This document shows, piece after piece, positions 16,928 to 23,065 of a DNA stretch of 23,065 nucleotides. The notes beneath the pieces were generated by a model. It saw nothing but the letters and a program-made list of their open reading frames with translations, had not been told where the DNA came from and made no database searches. This DNA is from Verrucomicrobiota bacterium (GTDB lineage: Bacteria; Verrucomicrobiota; Verrucomicrobiia; Limisphaerales; CANJXF01): NCBI GenBank assembly GCA_038214755.1, contig JBBQRQ010000081.1:1-23065 (forward strand), read 5' to 3'. Position 1 is the first letter of the stretch, and each line of letters opens with the position of its first letter. The position numbers and the translations under genes are program-made.

Positions 16928-18471
16928 TGTTTGCTGTCGTTTATATTCCAAATTTTTTTCTGCAAGCGGCGCTGCGGCACGAACCGGAATGGCTTTTGCG
17001 ACCCGTCGCTCTGCTCAACGAAGAAACGAAATTAATTTGTCAGGTAACTTGCATGGCACGAGAAGCCGGCGTTGGCGAAGGACAGACTTCCACGCAAGCG
17101 TTGGCGCGATGTTCGAACGTTTTTATTCGCCCGCGTTCCGTCGCGCAGGAAATTTCCGCCACGGAAGTTTTGCTGGAATGCGCTTATTCATTTTCCCCAA
17201 ACATCGAAGCCACCGCGCCCGGGATTTGCACGCTGGACTTAAAAGGATTGGCTATCGTGCTGCCGACATTCTGTCGGCGGAATGGGACGCACGATCGTCT
17301 TCGCGATGCAGTTGAATGCGTCGTTCTTTCTGCCGACAGAATGTCGGCAGCACTTTGGGCTGAAAAAATTATCACGCAACTCGCCGCCCTCAATTTGCGC
17401 GCACAAGTCGGCCTCGCGGAAAATCCTGACCTCGCGTTGCACGCCGCTAAAGTGGCGCAGCCATTTTTCCTGGTCGAAAATTCCAGCGAATTTATTTCGT
17501 CGCTGCCAATTGAAAGCATTGAGCCACCGTCCGAAATTCTCGACATCCTTCGCCGCTGGGGCATTCGCACTCTGGGCGAATTCACCGCGTTGCAAAAAGA
17601 AAAACTGGTGGAACGTCTCGGCGCGGAATCGCTTGATTTATTTGATCGCGCCATGGCCACCACCATTCGTCCGCTCAATCTGGTTCGTCCCAGGGAAATT
17701 TTTGAAGAATCCATCGAGTTTGAAAATGAAATCGAAACGCTCCAGCCGCTCCTTTTTATTTTGCGGCGTTTCATCGAACAACTGTCGCGGCGCCTTGAAT
17801 TTTTTTATTTCGTCGCGCAGGAAATCCAACTGCGGCTGACGCTCAGTTCCGGCGAAAATCTGGAACGCAGTTTTCGCGTTCCGTCTCCGACGCGCAATAT
17901 CGAGACGCTCTTCCGCATGTTGCAAACGCATCTTGAAACGGTCCAAACCGATTCGTCGATTGTGGCGCTGCATCTCGCCGCCCGGCCAGCGAAGCCCGAA
18001 CATTTTCAATTCGGTTTGTTTGAAACCGCGTTGCGCGATCCGAATCAATTTTACGAAACACTCGCGCAACTCGCCTCGCTGCTCGGCTCGGAGCGCGTCG
18101 GCACGCCCGTGTTGGAAGATACTTTTCGGCCGGACGCCTTTCGCATGGAGCCGGTCAATTTTGAGTCCGAGGGGAAATTTACAATAGGTAATTTGAACGC
18201 GGAAAATTCAGCGGGCTTGTCATTGCGAAGATTCCGTCCTTCGTTGCCAGCCGTGGTGGAGTTGCGTGAAAATCAGCCGGCGCTTTTGCGCAGCGAAATT
18301 TTTTCCGGGCCCATTGCCAAAGCACGCGGGCCGTTCCGTTGCTCTGGAAATTGGTGGGAGCAAAATAAACTTTGGAATCGTGACGAGTGGGACATTGAAA
18401 CGAGCAACGGCGATCTGTTTCGCGTCTTTACGCAAAACGGAGAATGGTTTGTGGAAGGAGCCTATGATTAA
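16927..18471 (+). CDS. imuB: ImuB, catalytically inactive Y-family polymerase homologue
   Basis: Y-family scaffold without catalytic acidic residues (AREAGV..G...QALARC, FSPNIE, WGIRTLGEF), clamp-binding-like QFGLF, C-terminal GPFR.SGNWW..RDEW domain. Confidence 0.9.
   Translation: MFAVVYIPNFFLQAALRHEPEWLLRPVALLNEETKLICQVTCMAREAGVGEGQTSTQALARCSNVFIRPRSVAQEISATEVLLECAYSFSPNIEATAPGICTLDLKGLAIVLPTFCRRNGTHDRLRDAVECVVLSADRMSAALWAEKIITQLAALNLRAQVGLAENPDLALHAAKVAQPFFLVENSSEFISSLPIESIEPPSEILDILRRWGIRTLGEFTALQKEKLVERLGAESLDLFDRAMATTIRPLNLVRPREIFEESIEFENEIETLQPLLFILRRFIEQLSRRLEFFYFVAQEIQLRLTLSSGENLERSFRVPSPTRNIETLFRMLQTHLETVQTDSSIVALHLAARPAKPEHFQFGLFETALRDPNQFYETLAQLASLLGSERVGTPVLEDTFRPDAFRMEPVNFESEGKFTIGNLNAENSAGLSLRRFRPSLPAVVELRENQPALLRSEIFSGPIAKARGPFRCSGNWWEQNKLWNRDEWDIETSNGDLFRVFTQNGEWFVEGAYD
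17257..17353. repeat. REP-like inverted pair in frame within imuB
   Basis: GTGCTGCCGACATTCTGTCGGCGGAA / TTCTGCCGACAGAATGTCGGCAGCAC, 25/26 complementary. Each arm is itself a hairpin. Confidence 0.9.
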
Positions 18472-18599
18472 ACACCAACATCCAAGCTCCAAGCTCCAGA
18501 GAAATTCCAATAACCAAACTTCAAATGTGAGGTCACGCGGTGTTTTGAAGTTTGAAATTTGGAGCTTCTCTGGTGTTTGGATGTTGGTGTTTGGAATTT
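18470..18599. repeat. Heptamer-periodic inverted repeat filling the imuB-dnaE2 spacer
   Basis: Two 56-nt arms (18470-18525, 18544-18599) of AANNNCC-type units around a central AGAGAA, imperfectly complementary. Confidence 0.85.
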
Positions 18600-18606
18600 T
18601 TTTCCT

Positions 18607-21600
18607 ATGAGCTACGTCGAACTCCATGCCCGAAGCGCGTTTAGTTTTCTGCGCGGCTCGTCTCATCCCGAACAACTCGCTGAAGTCGCCGCGCAATTAA
18701 ATTTGCCAGCGATGGCCATTTGCGACCGCAATGGTGTTTACGGCGCGCCAAGATTTTTCAACAAGGCGAAGGAAATTGGTTTGCGCCCCATTGTCGGCGC
18801 GGAGTTGACGATGGAAGACGATTCCGTTTTGCCGGTGCTGGTTGAAAACCGCGCGGGCTATCAGAATCTTTGCCGGCTTCTCACCCACGCTCACCTGCGG
18901 AGCGAAAAAGGAAAAAGCAAAGTGGGCTGGGATGAATTGCCGGAGTTTGTTCAAGGGTTAGTCGCGCTAACGGGTGATGAAGAAGGGCCGCTCGTGAAAG
19001 CGATTTGTAGGAGACGAGGTGACGAGTCTCATTTCAAAAATAATCAGAATCTCCTCACGTCGATTCCTACAATTTTGGAGCGCCTCGTTCAAACGTTCGG
19101 GAACAAAAACGTTTTTGTCGAAATCCAACGACACCACATTCGCGGCGAGGAACGCATCAATAAATCTCTCGTGGAACTTGCGGCGCAATTTCGTCTTCCG
19201 TTGCTGGCAACGAACGGCGTTCTTCATGCCACCCCCGCTGGAAGACAGGCGCTCGACGTTTTCACCTGCGCTCGAAATCACACCCACCTCGATGCCGCTG
19301 GCAGATTACTCGCGCAAAACAGCGAGCGCTTTTTAAAAAACGAAAAGCAGATGCGCGAACTGTTCCGCGATTTGCCGGAAGCGATTGAAAATACTTCGCC
19401 CCTCGCCGAGCGTCTTCAATTCTCTCTCGATAATCTTGGCTATGAATTTCCGAAATACTCCGTCCCGCCCGGACACGATGCGAATTCCTTTTTACGCGAA
19501 CGAACTTTGGCGGGGGCGAGAAAGCGATATGCCGGCGAAATCCCCGCGAAAGTTTTTCAGCAGGTGAACCACGAACTCGCGCTCATTCAAAAACTGGGCG
19601 TTGCCGGATATTTTTTAATCGTCTGGGACATGGTCGAGTTTTGCGCGCAGGAAAACATCATGGCGCAAGGTCGCGGCAGCGCGGCGAATAGCTCAGTCTG
19701 TTTTTGCCTCGGCATCACGAACGTTGATCCGCTGAAGTTTCACACACTGTTCGAACGGTTTCTCAGCGAAGGAAGAAAAAATAATTGGCCGGACATCGAC
19801 ATCGATTTGCCGAGCGGCGACCGGCGCGAGCGCGTCATTCAGGAAGTTTACAAACGTTACGGCAAAAATAGTGGGGCAGGCTGCCAGCCTGCCAGTGATA
19901 AAAACAACACCGCAGGCTGGCTAGCAGCCTGCCCCACTATTTGTGGTGCGGCCATGACCGCCAATGTCATTTGTTATCGCGGACGCAGCGCCGCTCGTGA
20001 AATTGGCAAAGCTCTAAATATTTCCACCGACGTGCTCGACCGTTTCTCAAATCTTTTTGCCAATGGAGATTTTCCGCACACGCTGGATTTCGTCGCGCAA
20101 ATGGAAAAGGCTGGTTTGCCTTCACAACATCCACGCGCTCTCGCCTTCGCCACTCTCTACCAACAAATTGCCGGAGAATATTTGCCGCGACATCTCGGCC
20201 AGCACTCCGGCGGAATGATTATTTGCCAGGACCAACTCAGCTCAATTGTTCCACTTGAGAATGCTTCGATGCCTGGCCGCGTCGTCGCGCAATGGGATAA
20301 AGATGACTGCGAAGAACTCGGCATTATCAAAGTGGATTTTCTCGGACTCGGCATGATGTCCGTCATTCAAGACAGCGTTGAACTCACGCGAGAGTTGGGA
20401 CGACCGCTCGATCTGGCTAATCTTCCGCCGGACGATCCGAAAACTTTTGAGATGATTCGCGCCGCGGACACCATTGGCGTTTTTCAAATCGAAAGCCGCG
20501 CGCAAATGGCGACGTTGCCGCGGATGAAACCGAAAACTTTTTATGATCTGTGTATTGAAGTCGCGATCATTCGCCCCGGACCGATCCAGGGAAACTTGAT
20601 GCATCCGTATCTGGCGCGCCGCGCGGGAAAAGAGCCGATCACTTATTACGATAAAAATTTAGAGCCGATTCTTAAGCCGGTTTTGGAGCGGACGTTGGGC
20701 GTGCCGCTCTTCCAGGAACAAATGCTGGAAATCGCCATGGTGCTGACCGATTTCACCGGCTCGGAAGCGGAAGAATTACGACGCGCGTTGAGCTTTCATC
20801 GTTCGCACGAAAAAATGCAACGCGTGGAAAAAAAACTTCGCGCGGCCATGCAGCGCAAAGGTCATTCCGAAGAAATCATCGAGCAAATTGTGGGCGCGAT
20901 CAGTTCGTTTGCGCTCTACGGTTTTCCCGAATCGCACGCCATCAGCTTCGCGCATCTGGCCTACGCGACGGCCTATTTGAAAGCGCACCGCGCACCGGAA
21001 TTTTACGCCAGTCTGCTGAACAATCAGCCGATGGGATTTTATTCGTCAGCAACGATTGTCAAAGATGGCAAGCGTCATGGGTTAAAATTTCGTCCCGTCT
21101 GCGCCGGCGAATCTGAATGGCTCTGCACAATTGCAAAAGACGATTCCATTCGCCTCGGCTTTTGCGTGGTGCAAGGACTTCGGCAGGATCGCGCCAATCA
21201 AATGTTGGAGGAGCGGGCCAAACAAAATTTTGATTCGATTCGAGATTTCAAATTGCGAAATCAATTCAACAAAGAGGAATTACGAACCCTCGCGGAAATC
21301 GGCGCGTTGAATGGTCTGGGCGCGCATCGTCGCGAGGCGCTGTGGGAAGTAGAACGCGAAATTCCGCAGGATGATTTGTTTTCGTGGCGTGGCAGAGACG
21401 CGTTCCACCGCGTTTCTGATCAAAACGAAAAATGGGACACGGTGGAACGTGTCCCTACCGAGTCAGACGAAAACTGTCCGCTGCTCCCGATGAATCCGGC
21501 CGAGCGACTTCGCGCGGATTACAATGGAACAAATTTAACTACCGGCGCGCATCCCATGGCTTTGCTCCGCAAAAATTTGGAATCACAAAACATCTGGCGC

Positions 21601-21909
21601 GCCTGCGATCTGCCCAAAGCGACACCGGGCCAAACCGTTCGCATCGCCGGAAATGTGATTTGCCGGCAGCGACCCGGCACGGCCAAGGGTTTTGTTTTCA
21701 TCACGCTCGAAGACGAAACCGGCATGAGCAACGCGATTGTTGCTCCAAAACTTTTTGAAAAGCTACGACTGGTGATTACGCAGGAGTCTTTTCTCTTGAT
21801 CGAGGGGCGACTACAGAATTCCGAGAACGTGATTTTGATTCAGGCGCGACACATCGAACGGTTATCTCACGAACATTTAGCGGGAAGTTCCTCTTACGAT
21901 TTTCATTAA
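18607..21909 (+). CDS. dnaE2: Error-prone DNA polymerase III alpha subunit
   Basis: YVELHARSAFSFL (PHP), GRGSAANS, FERF, PDIDID, HLGQHSGG, KVDFLGL, FQIESRAQ, YGFPESHA, RQRPGTAKG (OB) and C-terminal SYDFH. Start re-called to ATG 18607. Confidence 0.97.
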   Translation: MSYVELHARSAFSFLRGSSHPEQLAEVAAQLNLPAMAICDRNGVYGAPRFFNKAKEIGLRPIVGAELTMEDDSVLPVLVENRAGYQNLCRLLTHAHLRSEKGKSKVGWDELPEFVQGLVALTGDEEGPLVKAICRRRGDESHFKNNQNLLTSIPTILERLVQTFGNKNVFVEIQRHHIRGEERINKSLVELAAQFRLPLLATNGVLHATPAGRQALDVFTCARNHTHLDAAGRLLAQNSERFLKNEKQMRELFRDLPEAIENTSPLAERLQFSLDNLGYEFPKYSVPPGHDANSFLRERTLAGARKRYAGEIPAKVFQQVNHELALIQKLGVAGYFLIVWDMVEFCAQENIMAQGRGSAANSSVCFCLGITNVDPLKFHTLFERFLSEGRKNNWPDIDIDLPSGDRRERVIQEVYKRYGKNSGAGCQPASDKNNTAGWLAACPTICGAAMTANVICYRGRSAAREIGKALNISTDVLDRFSNLFANGDFPHTLDFVAQMEKAGLPSQHPRALAFATLYQQIAGEYLPRHLGQHSGGMIICQDQLSSIVPLENASMPGRVVAQWDKDDCEELGIIKVDFLGLGMMSVIQDSVELTRELGRPLDLANLPPDDPKTFEMIRAADTIGVFQIESRAQMATLPRMKPKTFYDLCIEVAIIRPGPIQGNLMHPYLARRAGKEPITYYDKNLEPILKPVLERTLGVPLFQEQMLEIAMVLTDFTGSEAEELRRALSFHRSHEKMQRVEKKLRAAMQRKGHSEEIIEQIVGAISSFALYGFPESHAISFAHLAYATAYLKAHRAPEFYASLLNNQPMGFYSSATIVKDGKRHGLKFRPVCAGESEWLCTIAKDDSIRLGFCVVQGLRQDRANQMLEERAKQNFDSIRDFKLRNQFNKEELRTLAEIGALNGLGAHRREALWEVEREIPQDDLFSWRGRDAFHRVSDQNEKWDTVERVPTESDENCPLLPMNPAERLRADYNGTNLTTGAHPMALLRKNLESQNIWRACDLPKATPGQTVRIAGNVICRQRPGTAKGFVFITLEDETGMSNAIVAPKLFEKLRLVITQESFLLIEGRLQNSENVILIQARHIERLSHEHLAGSSSYDFH
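19005..19072. repeat. GTAG-type REP-like pair in frame within dnaE2 PHP domain
   Basis: TTGTAGGAGACGAGGTGACGAGTCTC ... GAATCTCCTCACGTCGATTCCTACAA, a degenerate inverted pair sharing CTCCTCACGTCG with family A. Confidence 0.75.
19866..19942. repeat. REP-like pair in frame within dnaE2 catalytic region
   Basis: AAATAGTGGGGCAGGCTGCCAGCCTGC / GCAGGCTGGCTAGCAGCCTGCCCCACTATTT, perfect apart from 4 extra nt in the right arm. Confidence 0.92.
21391..21459. repeat. REP-like pair in frame within dnaE2 linker before the OB domain
   Basis: GGCAGAGACGCGTTCCACCGCGTTTC / GGGACACGGTGGAACGTGTCCCTACC, 20/26 complementary. Exactly 69 nt. Confidence 0.85.
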
Positions 21910-22799
21910 TCTTCAACTATCTGGAAATCGGGATGCTTCGGTTTGAAGACTTTGTTGATATATTCCCCAACAGAATCAGCGGCTAACAATTCCTTGTATT
22001 CGGCGGATTCAACTTTCGCGTATCGGTAAATCTCCCGGGCAAAGTCGATATCCAAGAATTCTCTTCCCGGATGATAACGAACTCTCTTAACCGCGGTGGA
22101 TTCAACCCGAACCCATTTCGGTTGTTTTGGTCGGTCCCCAATCACCTTCGCGACTTTTTTCAGGTCGGCGATAAAGCGTTTCATTTCGAGACGCCGCGAT
22201 TTGTCATCGGGCGCGCGTAAGATGGATGAAGGGTGCACAGTGGCAGTCACGTGTTGAGCGAGCGGCGAATTAAGAAATTCTCCACGTTGCTGGCTCACGC
22301 GAAAATTTTTTCCCAACAACGCCTGCGCCGCAGTTGCACCGAGGCAAACCACCACTTTCGGTTTCAACAAATCCAGTTCTGCATCCAGCCACGGACGGCA
22401 CGCCGCGATCTCGCGCGCGTTTGGTTTCTTGTGAATGCGCCGTTTTCCTTTCGGTTCCCATTTGAAATGTTTGACCGCGTTCGTCACGTAAACTTCGTCG
22501 CGATTGATGCCCGCTTCCCCCAGCGCCTTGTCCAAAAGTTTTCCCGCTGGACCGACGAACGGTTTTCCCGCGAGATCTTCGTCGTTGCCCGGTTGTTCGC
22601 CGACAAAAACAACTTTCGCGTGCTTTGATCCTTCGCCAAAAACAGTCTGCGTTCCCGATTTCCAGAGCGGACAAGCGGTGCAACCTTTCGCGGCCTTCTG
22701 AAGTTTTTCCAGGGTCGGCGAAGGTGGAATGAAGGCGGCGGCAGTTTGAAAATTTCCCGGGCATTGGCGGACACTTGGTTTTTCCTCCCGCAGTTCCAT
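21906..22799 (-). CDS. udgX: UdgX family uracil-DNA binding protein (family 4 UDG fold) with C-terminal KTSC-like domain
   Basis: CTAC (Fe-S), GEQPG, PFVGPAG, TNAVKHFK, KRRIH (22431-22445), LGATA and HPS motifs, then VESTAVKRVRY...LDIDF...YRY..V...Y..LL.ADSVGEYIN. Start re-called to ATG 22799. Confidence 0.9.
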   Translation of the reverse strand: MELREEKPSVRQCPGNFQTAAAFIPPSPTLEKLQKAAKGCTACPLWKSGTQTVFGEGSKHAKVVFVGEQPGNDEDLAGKPFVGPAGKLLDKALGEAGINRDEVYVTNAVKHFKWEPKGKRRIHKKPNAREIAACRPWLDAELDLLKPKVVVCLGATAAQALLGKNFRVSQQRGEFLNSPLAQHVTATVHPSSILRAPDDKSRRLEMKRFIADLKKVAKVIGDRPKQPKWVRVESTAVKRVRYHPGREFLDIDFAREIYRYAKVESAEYKELLAADSVGEYINKVFKPKHPDFQIVED

Positions 22800-22911
22800 G
22801 GCCGCAAAATAACACCGAGCCGGAATGCTAAAATGGGGTTCTCCCTGAATTTGGCGCGCAACTGTGCCGCCCCTGGTTAGGCCGGAACTATTCAGTGGAA
22901 AACATTGCTCG

Positions 22912-22941
22912 CCCCTCACCCCGGCCCTCTCCCCCGAGGAG
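22912..22941. repeat. REP-like CCCTCACCCCGGCCCTCTCCC unit, cut by IS110 insertion
   Basis: CCCCTCACCCCGGCCCTCTCCCCCGAGGAG. The hairpin-closing arm (expected GGAGAGGG) stops after GGAG. Confidence 0.75.
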
Positions 22942-23065
22942 CAACGGTGTTCAAAAGCAAAGGAAATTAAGCGGGTTGGATTTTGGTTTTTTGGCAATGG
23001 AGGGCGTGTTCTTTGAGGAGGCGATTCATTTGGAGGAGGAGTTTGCGCATGACCGCAGTGAGGGC
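22940..23065 (-). mobile_element. Right end of IS110-family insertion sequence (partial)
   Basis: Recombinase C-terminus followed by a short non-coding end TTTCCTTTGCTTTTGAACACCGTTGCT, finishing in CT, directly abutting the REP-like unit. Confidence 0.75.
22967..23065 (-). CDS. IS110 family recombinase/transposase, C-terminal fragment
   Basis: Manual translation ALTAVMRKLLLQMNRLLKEHALHCQKTKIQPA*. ALxAxMRKLL is the characteristic IS110 C-terminal motif. Not in the ORF track. Confidence 0.8.
   Translation of the reverse strand, partial: ALTAVMRKLLLQMNRLLKEHALHCQKTKIQPA

Noticed and set aside
2320..18599. CRISPR array or integron attC array
   Set aside because: Repeats are inverted, dispersed and of different families, with no regular repeat-spacer period, cas genes or integrase.
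18559..18606. Longer dnaE2 start (18559) and longer udgX start (22997)
   Set aside because: The extensions translate the heptamer repeat and the REP/IS110 end respectively; homology begins at 18607 and near 22799.
19867..19941. Intein or self-splicing intron in dnaE2
   Set aside because: Far too short, lacks intein C/S...HN ends and intron core structure; it is a DNA palindrome.
22889..22961. Partial TGTTC-N4-GAACA-like sites upstream of udgX
   Set aside because: Only 8/10 matches, and one lies within the IS110 end.

Overview
Mostly a ~50-55% GC (by eye) bacterial chromosomal segment whose gene set and repeat style suggest Verrucomicrobiota (inference). It carries an OmpL-like porin, an MBL hydrolase, a gamma-carbonic-anhydrase-like protein, pyrF, glutathione peroxidase, tRNA-Arg(CCT), a Tat-exported sulfite oxidase, an SDR/SMP-30/DUF3830 cluster, a serine hydrolase, four toxin-antitoxin loci and an imuA-imuB-dnaE2 mutagenesis cassette. 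The cassette converges on a UdgX gene with a C-terminal KTSC-like domain. The most striking signal is a dense, layered set of REP-like palindromes from many families. Four different palindrome pairs sit in frame inside imuB and dnaE2, one about 20 residues after the PDIDID catalytic motif. A ~210-bp MITE with 23-bp terminal inverted repeats and 9-bp target duplications is inserted twice into other REP-like elements. An IS110-type (bridge recombinase) element, not in the ORF track, is inserted at a CT core inside a REP hairpin at the right edge. The first ~418 bp are a very GC-rich, unrelated fragment (DUF924 plus an acyl-CoA synthetase tail) joined to a 5'-truncated porin, most likely an assembly chimera. 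All family calls come from motif recognition, not database searches.
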